Positions 1 through 9,604 of a stretch of DNA of 64,000 nucleotides are shown here, one piece after another; within the stretch, counting starts at the first letter, position 1; each line of letters begins with the position of its first letter. Under the pieces are notes generated by a model. That model did not search any database, was not told the origin of the DNA, and saw only the letters and a program-made list of their open reading frames with translations. This DNA comes from a candidate division WOR-3 bacterium (GTDB taxonomy: Bacteria; Hydrothermota; Hydrothermia; Hydrothermales; JAJRUZ01). Location of the stretch: the NCBI GenBank assembly GCA_024277525.1, contig JAJRUZ010000058.1, positions 2,767 through 66,766 on the forward strand, in the 5' to 3' direction. The position numbers and the translations under genes were made by a program.

Positions 1-262
1 CATATTCTGAGGGATATTTTGCGAGTTCCTCTTTTAAAGAATTTATTTCATTCCGAACAGCCTCAATTTCCTGATCAATGGGAGTAAGTTCATTTTTCAT
101 TGCCTCAAGTTCACTTTGACATGCATTCAGCTTCTCTTGAAGGTCATTAACCTGTGCCTGTAGTTCTTCAATTCTGCTTTGGGCTTCTTCTTCTGTTAAC
201 TTTTCCTCTTGAGCAAGGAGAGGAAGCGAAACAAATAAAGCAATTATTAATAGCCTTTTCAT
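1..262 (-). CDS. Small secreted coiled-coil protein. Partial: the C-terminus runs off the window start. Paralog of the downstream gene at 277-546.
   Basis: ATG at 260-262 (reverse complement). Translation MKRLLIIALFVSLPLLAQEEKLTEEEAQSRIEELQAQVNDLQEKLNACQSELEAMKNEL... has an N-terminal signal peptide and heptad-rich Q/E/L composition. It shares the ELQAQ..L..ACQ motif with the 277-546 ORF. Absent from the ORF track because there is no stop in the window. Confidence 0.45.
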   Translation of the reverse strand, partial: MKRLLIIALFVSLPLLAQEEKLTEEEAQSRIEELQAQVNDLQEKLNACQSELEAMKNELTPIDQEIEAVRNEINSLKEELAKYPSEY

Positions 263-276
263 CTTTTTCCTCCTTT

Positions 277-546
277 TTAATAACCTTTTTTAATGAGGTC
301 TAAAAGTGTTTTCAATGAGTCTCTTTCCGCTTTGAGCTTTTCAAGTAATTGCATCTTTTCGGCTTTCTGACTTTCAATATTTTTCTTCTCCTGTTCACAG
401 GCAGCTATTTCGGATTGCAGTTTTTCTATCTGTGCCTGAAGTTCCTGAATTTTTTGCATTGTCTCCTGGGACGCCATCTTCGGACCGCATGCAGCAGTGA
501 GCGCAAATATAATTGCCCCCCCAAAAATTATTAATTTCTTCTTCAT
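277..546 (-). CDS. Small coiled-coil lipoprotein
   Basis: 89 aa. N-terminal signal peptide with lipobox-like LTAAC, then a coiled-coil segment (QELQAQIEKLQSEIAACEQEKKNIESQKAEKMQLLEKLKAERDSLK). Confidence 0.55.
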   Translation of the reverse strand: MKKKLIIFGGAIIFALTAACGPKMASQETMQKIQELQAQIEKLQSEIAACEQEKKNIESQKAEKMQLLEKLKAERDSLKTLLDLIKKGY

Positions 547-635
547 ATTTTTAAAAAATTAATTAAAGGGGTTTGAACCCGATTTATTTTATACTATATA
601 ATAAGGTCTTAATTCAAAAATTTGCAAACTGAAAA

Positions 636-1742
636 ATGAAACTTGTAAATAGATTATTTCCCGAAAATAAAAAAATCCCTTCGGAAAGGGATTTAAAGAA
701 AATTGAAATTGATGAAGATATCCTTTTTGATCTCGAAAAAATAGCAATCGGCAGTTTTACTCCCCTTGAAGGATTTATGAAAAAAGAGGAACTGAAAAGT
801 ATTTGCGAAAAAGGAAGGTTGCCTTCAGGAAACCCCTTTACAATTCCAATTTTATTACAGATTAAAAAAGAAAATGTTAAAAATTTACCCGAAAAAGGTG
901 AAGTTCTCTTGTCTTACAGAGGTGAAATCTACGGTATGATTGAAATTGAAGAAGTTTATGAATTTGACCCTGGTTATGTTGCAAAAAAAGTGTTCGGGAC
1001 TGATTCTGAGGAACATCCCGGAGTCTCCTTGTTAAAATCAAAGGGGAATTATGCAATAGGAGGGAAAATATTCCTTTTTAAAAGACCGAAACATCCATTT
1101 TCTGACCATGAACTCACACCTTCTGAAACAAGGGAGATTTTTAAACAAAGAGGATTTAAGACAGTGTGTGCTTTTCAAACAAGGAATGCTCCTCACAGGG
1201 CACATGAATACCTTCAAAGAATTGCACTTGAGATTACAGATGGACTCTTTATTCATCCTATTCTCGGAAGAAAGAAAAAGGGTGACTTTTCCAATGATAC
1301 AATTTTAAAAAGTTATAAAGCACTTATTGAAAATTATCTTCCGAAGGAAAGGGTTGTGCTTTCCGGTCTTACAACTCCCATGAGATATGCAGGTCCTAAG
1401 GAGGCGGTATTTCATGCAATTGTAAGAAAAAACTACGGAGCAACCCATTTTATTGTCGGAAGAGACCATGCAGGAGTGGGAGATTTTTATGACCCCTATG
1501 CAGCACATAGAATTTTTGATGATTACCCTGATATAGGAATTGAAATTATAAAAGTAAAATCCGTTTTTATTTGTAAAAAATGTGATGGAATTGCTTCAGA
1601 AAGGACATGTCCTCATAAAGAAAGTTTCAGGGAAAGCATAAGTATGACAAGAATCAGAAATGCTTTAAAAAATGGAGAAGAATTGCCTGAGGGGATAATA
1701 AGAAAAGAAGTTTTTGAAGTCCTTAAAAAAGAATACAGATAA
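636..1742 (+). CDS. sat: Sulfate adenylyltransferase (ATP sulfurylase)
   Basis: 368 aa. Hallmark QTRN and HRAHE motifs (AFQTRNAPHRAHEYLQ) and a GRDHAG motif. The N-terminal PUA-like and catalytic domain layout is typical of Sat. Confidence 0.9.
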   Translation: MKLVNRLFPENKKIPSERDLKKIEIDEDILFDLEKIAIGSFTPLEGFMKKEELKSICEKGRLPSGNPFTIPILLQIKKENVKNLPEKGEVLLSYRGEIYGMIEIEEVYEFDPGYVAKKVFGTDSEEHPGVSLLKSKGNYAIGGKIFLFKRPKHPFSDHELTPSETREIFKQRGFKTVCAFQTRNAPHRAHEYLQRIALEITDGLFIHPILGRKKKGDFSNDTILKSYKALIENYLPKERVVLSGLTTPMRYAGPKEAVFHAIVRKNYGATHFIVGRDHAGVGDFYDPYAAHRIFDDYPDIGIEIIKVKSVFICKKCDGIASERTCPHKESFRESISMTRIRNALKNGEELPEGIIRKEVFEVLKKEYR

Positions 1743-3041
1743 ATGTTTTTTTTTAAAAAAAGAAAACCAAAAATTTTCATAATAGGACTTGATGGTGTTC
1801 CTTATTCTTTTTTAAAAGAAAACATAGAAAATAAAAACTTACCTTTTCTTTCAAATCTTTTTAAAAATGGCTCTTTTTTGCAAATGGAATCCGTTTATCC
1901 TACTTTATCTTCTGTTGCTTGGACGAGTTTTCTTACAGGAGCAAGACCCGGAACTCACGGAATTTACGGATTTATTGATGTAAAAAACGACTTATCCATT
2001 TTTATCCCGAATTATAATGATATAAAAATAAAAACTATTTTGGAAATCCTTGTTGAAAATAATAAAAAGATTCTTCATATAAATTTACCCATAACTTACC
2101 CTCCACCGAGATTAAATGGAACTTGCTGTATTTCCGGTTTTCTTTCTCCTTCCATAGAAAAAGGTGTCTACCCGGAAGAATTATCCGAATATTTAAAAAA
2201 AGAAAATTACATAATTGACCTTGACCCCTGGATGGCAAGGAATAAAGAAAAGAGAGGGGAATTTTATAAAAATCTTTTTAGAGCAACCGAAAAAAGATTC
2301 AGAGTCTGTGAATTTTTAATCAAAAAGAATGAATTTGATATTATAATCCTCCATATAATGGAACCTGACAGATTATTGCATTTTTTCATCAATGAAAAAG
2401 AAAAATTAAAGGAATATTTCAAATTCCTTGATAATAAACTTGAAAACTTCATAGAAAAAAATGTGTCAGATAAAGATGAATTAGTTTTACTTTCGGACCA
2501 CGGATTTACTCAATTAAAAAAAGAAATCAATGTACTTGCCATTTTTAAAAAAGAAAAAATAATAAAATTTGAGAAAGAAAAGCCGGATGGAATAAAGGAT
2601 ATAACTCCTGATTCAAAAGCATTCACTTTGACTCCCGGAAGGATTTATCTTTTTACAAATGAAAGATTTGAAAAGGCAAAGTTTAAATCAAAGGAAGTTG
2701 AAAAAGAGGTTAAAGGAATTTTAAATGAAGTTTTAAAAATTGAGGGTGTAAAGGATTGTAAAAAAAGGGAAGAGATTTTCGGAATCGAGCCCACCCCTTT
2801 TTCTCCTGATTTTCTTTTAATTCCTGAGAATGGATACGATTTAAAGGGTGATTTAAAAAGTGATGAAATTTTTTCAAGATCCGCTCTTGAAGGCACACAT
2901 ACTTATGATGATGCATTCTTATTTATCAGGGGAAGGAAGATAAAAAAGGAAAAACCTTCCATTTTGGACCTTGCTCCCACAATCTTGGAAATTTCAAAAA
3001 TAAAAAATAATTACAAATTTGACGGAGAGGTATTAATATGA
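1743..3041 (+). CDS. Alkaline-phosphatase superfamily protein (type I phosphodiesterase / nucleotide pyrophosphatase family)
   Basis: 432 aa. N-terminal GLDGVPYSF...YPTLSSVAWTSFLTGARPGTHGIYGF metal-site motifs of the PF01663-like AlkP-core family. The start codon directly abuts the sat stop codon. Confidence 0.7.
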   Translation: MFFFKKRKPKIFIIGLDGVPYSFLKENIENKNLPFLSNLFKNGSFLQMESVYPTLSSVAWTSFLTGARPGTHGIYGFIDVKNDLSIFIPNYNDIKIKTILEILVENNKKILHINLPITYPPPRLNGTCCISGFLSPSIEKGVYPEELSEYLKKENYIIDLDPWMARNKEKRGEFYKNLFRATEKRFRVCEFLIKKNEFDIIILHIMEPDRLLHFFINEKEKLKEYFKFLDNKLENFIEKNVSDKDELVLLSDHGFTQLKKEINVLAIFKKEKIIKFEKEKPDGIKDITPDSKAFTLTPGRIYLFTNERFEKAKFKSKEVEKEVKGILNEVLKIEGVKDCKKREEIFGIEPTPFSPDFLLIPENGYDLKGDLKSDEIFSRSALEGTHTYDDAFLFIRGRKIKKEKPSILDLAPTILEISKIKNNYKFDGEVLI

Positions 3042-3970
3042 AAGAAGAGGAATTTAAAAACTTAAAATTAATTTCAATAAAACAAAGAAGGAACAAATTA
3101 AAAGTTTCCGACTTTGTCTCAGAGAGGATACCGCAGGATTTTAAAGAATTTCTTTCCTTTTTGCCTCATGTTTTCAGAGCCGATGATTTAAGGGAATTCA
3201 TAAATGCCTTAAAGGATGCAAAGGAGAAGGGGAAACCGATTTTATGGATGATAGGGGATGCGGTAATTAAATGCGGACTTGCTCCTTTATTTGCAAAACT
3301 TGCTGATGCCGGTTATGTAAAATGGGTTGCAGGACAAGGAGCGGTTGCAATCCATGATTTTGAGATAGCAATGTTTGGTGAAACATCGGAATATGTTGAA
3401 GAAACAATTAAAGACGGAAAATTCGGGATGACAAAGGAAACCCTTGAATTTTTTGATAATGTATTAAAAAGAGGATTGAAAGAAAAAAAAGGAATGGGAG
3501 AGATAATTCCAGAGGTCTTAATAGAAAAAAATCCGCCTTATAAAGAAAAAAGTTTGATGTGCATTTTAAAAACCCGAAATATTCCCATGAGTTTTCATGT
3601 AGCAATAGGCACGGATATAACGCATTTATATCCGTTTGCGGACGGTGAATCCATCGGGTTTACGACTTATAAAGATTTTAAAAGGTTTGCTATGTATCTA
3701 TCGGAATTTGAAAAAGGAGGAGTGGTTATAAATGTTGCATCCGCTGTTATAATGCCGGAAGTCTTCTTAAAGAGTTTATCAATAGTCAGAAATCTCGGAT
3801 ACAAGGTTTATAACTTTTTTGCCTGTAATATTGATCAGATTCAGCATTATAGACCGATGCAAAATGTGGTTGCAAGACCGACAAAGGACGGTGGCAAAGG
3901 AATAGCAATAACAGCAAATATTGAAATATTTTTACCCCTGCTCGGTGTTATTTTATTAAATTATGATTAA
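3038..3970 (+). CDS. Deoxyhypusine-synthase-like (DHS-like Rossmann fold) protein, function unknown
   Basis: 310 aa. ATGA overlap with the upstream gene. The segments GDAVIKCGLAPLFAKLADAGYVKWVAGQGAVAIHDFE and HVAIGTDITH...GGVVINVASAV resemble the DHS family, but the catalytic Lys-His pair of true DHS (GGGVVKHH) is not conserved. Confidence 0.4.
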   Translation: MKEEEFKNLKLISIKQRRNKLKVSDFVSERIPQDFKEFLSFLPHVFRADDLREFINALKDAKEKGKPILWMIGDAVIKCGLAPLFAKLADAGYVKWVAGQGAVAIHDFEIAMFGETSEYVEETIKDGKFGMTKETLEFFDNVLKRGLKEKKGMGEIIPEVLIEKNPPYKEKSLMCILKTRNIPMSFHVAIGTDITHLYPFADGESIGFTTYKDFKRFAMYLSEFEKGGVVINVASAVIMPEVFLKSLSIVRNLGYKVYNFFACNIDQIQHYRPMQNVVARPTKDGGKGIAITANIEIFLPLLGVILLNYD

Positions 3971-4071
3971 ATTCTATAAAAACTTTGAAAAAGCAAGAAA
4001 AGATTTAATAAAAAGAGCGGTTAAAAATGCCGTTGAACGCTTTTGAGTATTTATATGAGCAAAAGTAAAAC

Positions 4072-4917
4072 ATGCATATTTTAATTTTCGGTCTTTCGGA
4101 TTTGCTCGGAAGAAGTTTGTATAAAAAATTAAAAGAAAAAAAATTTGATTTAAAAGGATTTTCAAGAAATAAAAAGGAATGGTTCGAGGATGAATTTCAT
4201 TTCTTTGAGGAATTTTTTGAGAAAGATTTTGAAGGAGATTTTTACATCTATCTATCAGCAATATCGGGTGATTTTCAGGTTGAAAAGGATTATATAGAGG
4301 CACTTGAAATAAATGTTATAAGTCCTTTAAAAATATTGGATAAAATTAAAAAGGGACATTTCATTTATATTTCTTCTGCAAGTGTTTATAAGAATAAATT
4401 ATTTCCCGAAGAAGAAGATGCAGAGTTCCATAATTCCCTTTACGGGTCTCAAAAATATTCAGCAGAAGGTTTATTAAATGTTTATTGTAACAAAAAAAAG
4501 ATAAGATTTACTGCTTTGAGATTTCCGAGAATTTACGGTCCTTATATGGAAAGGAATCCTGTTGCTGATTTTTTAAAAGCACTAAGGGAAAAAAGAAATG
4601 AAGTTATTTTGTATGATGATTATAATGCGAGATATGAATATATTTTTTCTTATGATGCAGCAGGATGTATTTTAGAAATAATTGAGAAAAAAATAGAAGG
4701 AATCTTTAACTGTGGAACCGGAGTAGTGAAAACAGTAAAAGAGGTGGAAGAGGCATTCAGAAAGTTAACAGGGAAGCAATTTGAAATTAAATTCATAAAA
4801 AAGAGGAAAGGTGTGGATATTTTGGATTCAAGTAAGTGGAAAAATCTGACAAAATTTAATTTTACTGATTTTGAAAAGGGATTAGAAATTACATTAAAAG
4901 AGGAGAAATTGATATGA
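4072..4917 (+). CDS. NAD-dependent epimerase/dehydratase family protein
   Basis: 281 aa. Degenerate N-terminal Rossmann motif (ILIFGLSDLLG) and a YxxxK catalytic motif (YGSQKYSAE). SDR-extended-like length. Confidence 0.6.
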   Translation: MHILIFGLSDLLGRSLYKKLKEKKFDLKGFSRNKKEWFEDEFHFFEEFFEKDFEGDFYIYLSAISGDFQVEKDYIEALEINVISPLKILDKIKKGHFIYISSASVYKNKLFPEEEDAEFHNSLYGSQKYSAEGLLNVYCNKKKIRFTALRFPRIYGPYMERNPVADFLKALREKRNEVILYDDYNARYEYIFSYDAAGCILEIIEKKIEGIFNCGTGVVKTVKEVEEAFRKLTGKQFEIKFIKKRKGVDILDSSKWKNLTKFNFTDFEKGLEITLKEEKLI

Positions 4918-5687
4918 AGGTAAAAAGAAATCAGAAAATCTTGCTTTTTAGTCCTGAGAAAAATTTTGAAATATTTGTGGATTATGAAGAAAACGGTGAA
5001 GTTCATACGCACGTAGGCAAGGTCGTATTAAAAAAGAATCTTAAATACGGAGACATTTTGAAGAGTTCAAAAAATAAAATTTTTTATGTTTTGAAACCTT
5101 CTTTAAGTGACCTGATGATAAAAATTAAAAGAAAAACGACTATAATTTATCCTAAGGACGCAGGGCTTATTATTCTTGAGCTCGGCATAAGGAGTGGTAG
5201 TAAAGTGTGTGAAGTGGGAACAGGTAGTGGTGCATTTTTGACTCTTCTATCAAGTATTGTAGGGAGTAAGGGTAAAGTCTATACATTTGAAAGAAGAAGG
5301 GATTTTCTGGAACTTGCGAAAGGAAATATTAAGGATTACGGATTAGGAAGTAATATTGAATTCAATTTAAGAGATGTTGAAAAAGAGGGTTTTCCGAAAA
5401 TAAAAGTTGATGCGGTTTTTGTGGATATTCCCGAACCTTGGAAAATTGTGCCTTTTGTTCCACGAATCTTAAAGCCCGGTCATGTACTCGGCTCTTTATC
5501 TCCGAATATTGAACAAATTCAGAAAACGAAAAAGGAGATGGAAAAAAATGGATTTATAAGAATAAGGATTTATGAAACAATATTAAGAGAAATAATGGTA
5601 AGGGATATAGGGACAAGACCGAAGGAATTCGGAATTGTTCATACAGGGTATTTGATTTTCGGTAATTTAGCGAATTATTTGCAATAA
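4914..5687 (+). CDS. trmI: tRNA (adenine-N1)-methyltransferase, TrmI/GCD14 family
   Basis: 257 aa. SAM-binding motif VCEVGTGSGAFLTLL and flanking residues typical of TrmI. ATGA overlap with the upstream gene. Confidence 0.75.
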   Translation: MKVKRNQKILLFSPEKNFEIFVDYEENGEVHTHVGKVVLKKNLKYGDILKSSKNKIFYVLKPSLSDLMIKIKRKTTIIYPKDAGLIILELGIRSGSKVCEVGTGSGAFLTLLSSIVGSKGKVYTFERRRDFLELAKGNIKDYGLGSNIEFNLRDVEKEGFPKIKVDAVFVDIPEPWKIVPFVPRILKPGHVLGSLSPNIEQIQKTKKEMEKNGFIRIRIYETILREIMVRDIGTRPKEFGIVHTGYLIFGNLANYLQ

Positions 5688-5787
5688 GGATACTACCTCT
5701 TCTATTTTTATAACAATAAAAGACATATCACCACCTTAATTCTGCAGAATCAAATGTATGTTTTTGACATCCCCTGGGTGTAAATAT

Positions 5788-7080
5788 CTAAATGATTATA
5801 TCAATTTCTTTTCCGCAATCAGGACATATTTTTTTGTCTTTTAATCTATTCTCTATAATTTCAAATCCGAATCTCTTTATTAATAAACTTTCACAATTCG
5901 GACAATAGGTGTCTTCGTATCTGTGCCCGGGAATATTACCGATATAAACATATAAAAGTCCTTCTTCTTTTGCTATGTTTCTCAAGATTTCAAGACGCTC
6001 AACGGACGTAGGAGGTGTGTTAAACTTATAAGCAGGATAATATCTTGTTAAATGATAAGGAGTCTCTTCTCCTACCTCATCCCTTACTCGTTTTGCAATC
6101 TCCCTTATATCTTTTTCTTTATCATTAAATCCTTCTATCACAAGTGTTATAATTTCAACCCATATTCCTTTTTTCTTTGCGATTTTAATATTTCTCCATA
6201 TTTTCTCCACATCCGCACCGCAGTATTTTTTTACAAATTCTTTATTTCCCTTTATATCAAAATTTATTGCATCAAGACCCGAATCTATTAAAATATTTAA
6301 GGTTTCCTCTGTCATATACCCATTAGAAACAAAAGTATTATAATAGTTTTTCTTTTTTGCTAATTTAAAGACATCCACGGAATATTCAAATAAAAGGGTC
6401 GGTTCATTAAAAGAGATGCTTGTTCCGTCGCATTTATATTTATCCATTATTTCAATAAACTCCTCGGGTGATATAAATTTTCCCCTCCCTATATTTTCTG
6501 CCCTTTTGCTTATATCGTAATTTTGACACCAGGGACATAAAAAGTTGCATGACCAAGAGCCGACCGTAAGTGCCATTGTTCCCGGATAAAAATGGAAAAA
6601 GGGTTTTTTTTCTATGGGATTAATACTTATGGAAGAAATTTCACCGTAAATTAAAGTATAAATTTTTCCATCAATATTTATTCTTGTTTTACAAAAACCC
6701 ATCCGTCCTTCTTTTATTTTGCATTTCCTCTCACAAACAAGACAAATTGAAAAATCTTTTTCCTTTTTATACAAAATACTTTCCTTCACTCTTCTCTCAT
6801 TTACAATCTTTATCGGATTTATATTTATTGTTTCAAAAACCGGATAAATTGACACACGGTCGCCCTCTTTTAATTCTTTATCAAGAAAAGAATTCTGTCC
6901 GTTAACAAGAACGAGATGAACTTCTTTTTCGGGAATTTTAAAAAATTTAAGAATATCCTTAACTTTTGAATTTTCTTTTATTTCAATCTCAAATTCTTTC
7001 TTTTTTAAATCAAAGGGTAAATAATCATTTAACTCTTCATAAAATCTTACTTTTATTTTCATCGTTAAAATTATAAACAA
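5788..7080 (-). CDS. Radical SAM enzyme (PFL-activase / AmmeMemoRadiSam-like) with N-terminal ThiS/MoaD-like beta-grasp domain and C-terminal zinc ribbon
   Basis: 430 aa. Residues 1-85 (MKIKVRFYEELNDYLPF...GDRVSIYPVFETI) fit the MoaD/ThiS fold pattern. A CNFLCPWCQNY CxxxCxxC radical SAM cluster motif follows. The C-terminus carries CPNC...CPDC. Confidence 0.7.
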   Translation of the reverse strand: MFIILTMKIKVRFYEELNDYLPFDLKKKEFEIEIKENSKVKDILKFFKIPEKEVHLVLVNGQNSFLDKELKEGDRVSIYPVFETININPIKIVNERRVKESILYKKEKDFSICLVCERKCKIKEGRMGFCKTRINIDGKIYTLIYGEISSISINPIEKKPFFHFYPGTMALTVGSWSCNFLCPWCQNYDISKRAENIGRGKFISPEEFIEIMDKYKCDGTSISFNEPTLLFEYSVDVFKLAKKKNYYNTFVSNGYMTEETLNILIDSGLDAINFDIKGNKEFVKKYCGADVEKIWRNIKIAKKKGIWVEIITLVIEGFNDKEKDIREIAKRVRDEVGEETPYHLTRYYPAYKFNTPPTSVERLEILRNIAKEEGLLYVYIGNIPGHRYEDTYCPNCESLLIKRFGFEIIENRLKDKKICPDCGKEIDIII

Positions 7081-7157
7081 TTTGTGATAAAGTATGCTTA
7101 TTTTTTAAAATATTCTTTTAAAAGGTTCAATTCCGTTTTAAAAATTTAAAAATAAAA

Positions 7158-8336
7158 ATGAACGAAGTATTCATTATATCAGGTGTAAGAACACCGATCG
7201 GGAGGGTTTTGGGGTCCCTTTCCTCATTTTCTGCCACAGAACTCGGTGGAATTGTAATTAAAGAAGCAGTTAAAAGAGCCAATATACCTGCTGAAAAAAT
7301 TGATGAGGTTATTATGGGATGTGTTTTACCTGCGGGACTCGGTCAAGGACCTGCGAGAATTGCTGCTTTAAAAGCAGAACTCCCTCCTACAATACCTGCT
7401 CTTACGATAAATAAAGTATGTGGTTCGGGTTTAAAAGCAGTTATGCTCGGCACTCAGGCAATAAGGCTCGGTGATGCCGACATTATTGTTGCAGGAGGAA
7501 TGGAATCAATGACAAATGCTCCTCATCTTGTCAGAATGAGAGCGGGAATTAAATACGGTGATGCAAAAGCAGTTGATCACATGGTTTATGATGGTTTATG
7601 GTGCTCTTTTAATGATCAACATATGGGGAATCTTGCTGAATATACTGCAAAAAAGGCAGGAATTACAAGAGAGGAACAGGATAAATTTGCATATGAGAGT
7701 CATATGAAGGCTGTTAAAGCAACAAAAGAAGGTAAATTTAAGGAAGAGATTATCCCACTTGAAATAAAAACAAAAAAAGGTGTTCAAATTATTGATAAAG
7801 ATGAATCACCGAGAGAGGATACATCCCTTGAAAAACTTGCAAGTTTAAAACCTGTTTTTGAAAAGGACGGAACAGTAACAGCAGGTAATGCTCCTGGTTT
7901 AAATGACGGTGCAGCAGCACTTATTATTGCCTCAGAAAAGGCTGTCAAGGAGTATGGATTAAAGCCTATTGCAAGAATTGTTGCATATACTTCTAACTTT
8001 GTTGAACCAAAAGACCTTTTCTTTGCACCAATAGGGGCGGTTGAAAAAATTGTCAAAAAGATGGGGCTTTCCTCTCCCAATGATTTTGATTTAATGGAAA
8101 TAAACGAAGCATTTGCGTCTCAGATTCTTGCGGATGGTAAAGCCTTAAATATTGACTGGAACAAGGTAAATGTTCACGGAGGAGCAATTGCCCTGGGACA
8201 CCCGATAGGTGCTTCGGGTGCAAGAATACTCGTTACCCTCCTTTACGCATTAAAACAATACGGAAAAACAAAAGGACTTGCTTCTTTGTGTCTCGGAGGC
8301 GGAGGAGCAGTTGCTTTGGCGATTGAAATGGTATAA
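7158..8336 (+). CDS. Acetyl-CoA C-acetyltransferase (thiolase II)
   Basis: 392 aa. Thiolase signatures: NKVCGSGLKAV (active Cys), GNAPGLNDGAAAL and CLGGGGAVALAIE. Confidence 0.9.
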   Translation: MNEVFIISGVRTPIGRVLGSLSSFSATELGGIVIKEAVKRANIPAEKIDEVIMGCVLPAGLGQGPARIAALKAELPPTIPALTINKVCGSGLKAVMLGTQAIRLGDADIIVAGGMESMTNAPHLVRMRAGIKYGDAKAVDHMVYDGLWCSFNDQHMGNLAEYTAKKAGITREEQDKFAYESHMKAVKATKEGKFKEEIIPLEIKTKKGVQIIDKDESPREDTSLEKLASLKPVFEKDGTVTAGNAPGLNDGAAALIIASEKAVKEYGLKPIARIVAYTSNFVEPKDLFFAPIGAVEKIVKKMGLSSPNDFDLMEINEAFASQILADGKALNIDWNKVNVHGGAIALGHPIGASGARILVTLLYALKQYGKTKGLASLCLGGGGAVALAIEMV

Positions 8337-8338
8337 AA

Positions 8339-9601
8339 ATGTTCAAATTTTTACTCTTAATATTTTTAGCACAGGATACTCTTTATAAGGATAAAGTTGT
8401 TGCGATTGTTGACAAAAACCCTATACTCCTGAGCGATGTTGAAGAAGCTTTTGAATTTTTTAAACTTTTAAAACCAATTTTAAAAGAAGAAGAAAAAGAA
8501 GCAAAGAAGAAAATTCTTGAACAGCTGATTGAAAATGAACTCATCCTTTATGAAGCAAAGAAAGATACAACAATTAAGGTAACCGAGGACGAAGTTGAAG
8601 AGTTCATTGAATCAGAAACAAAAAGAATGAAAATGCAGATGGGAGATTCTGCTTTTAAGGCAGAACTCCGGAGGGAAGGTTTAACAGAGGAGGATTTAAA
8701 GGAAAAATACAGGGACCAGGTTGAGAGAAACCTTTATATTCAAAAGTATATTGCAAGATATATCTCTCCAAAAATCCAGATAACACCTCAGGAACTTGAA
8801 GATTTTTATAAAAAATATATTGATTCATTACCGGAGGTGCCCGAGGGTTTTGAACTTGCTCATATATTTATACCTATAAGACCATCCGAAAAAATTGTGG
8901 AAAGGGCAAAAGAAAAGGCATATAATGTTTACAGAGAACTTAAAACAGGAGCAGATTTCGGCTATATTGCTCTTAAATACTCCGATGACAGGATATCCGC
9001 GGAAAAGGGCGGGGATATAGGGTTTATTGAAAAAGGAACATTTCCGCCTCAAATTGAGGAGAAGATATTCTCCTTAAAAAAAGGAGAAATAACAGAGCCG
9101 ATTCAGGGAGATTTCGGATTTTTCATCTTTCAACTTGTTGAAAAAAAAGAAAATAAAGTCCATCTGAGACAAATAGTTATAGCAACTTTGCCGGATAAAA
9201 ATGACACTTTAAGAACAAAGCAAAAAGTTCAGAAAGCACTTCTGTACGCAGAAGAAAAAGGATTTGAGGAAGCGGTTAAAAAATATTCAGAAGATCCTCT
9301 AACAAAACAGCGAGACGGGTATCTTGGCTTTGTTCCGATAGATAATTTAAAACCGGAGGTTAAAAATGCCCTTTTAAATGCAAAGGACGGTGATATTGTA
9401 GGACCGTTTTATCTTGATTTCGGGTACCATATATTTAAAAGAATATCTTACAAAAAAGGAGGTAAGCTTCCATTTGACGAACTTAAAATGCAGATACAAA
9501 ATATTTTGCTTCAAAGAAAAATTCAGGAGAAATTAAAAGAAAAGGCGGAGGAAATTAAAAAAAGAGTTTATGTTGAAATTTTTGATAAAGAATTGAAATA
9601 G
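8339..9601 (+). CDS. SurA-like periplasmic chaperone / parvulin-type peptidyl-prolyl isomerase
   Basis: 420 aa. SurA-N-like N-terminus (VVAIVDKNPILLSDVEE) and two parvulin-like segments (GDFGFFIFQL, FGYHIFKR). Confidence 0.7.
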   Translation: MFKFLLLIFLAQDTLYKDKVVAIVDKNPILLSDVEEAFEFFKLLKPILKEEEKEAKKKILEQLIENELILYEAKKDTTIKVTEDEVEEFIESETKRMKMQMGDSAFKAELRREGLTEEDLKEKYRDQVERNLYIQKYIARYISPKIQITPQELEDFYKKYIDSLPEVPEGFELAHIFIPIRPSEKIVERAKEKAYNVYRELKTGADFGYIALKYSDDRISAEKGGDIGFIEKGTFPPQIEEKIFSLKKGEITEPIQGDFGFFIFQLVEKKENKVHLRQIVIATLPDKNDTLRTKQKVQKALLYAEEKGFEEAVKKYSEDPLTKQRDGYLGFVPIDNLKPEVKNALLNAKDGDIVGPFYLDFGYHIFKRISYKKGGKLPFDELKMQIQNILLQRKIQEKLKEKAEEIKKRVYVEIFDKELK

Positions 9602-9604
9602 ATT

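Noticed and set aside
349-534. 61-aa plus-strand ORF overlapping the coiled-coil lipoprotein gene
   Set aside because: It is fully antisense to a better-supported gene, with a hydrophobic low-complexity translation.
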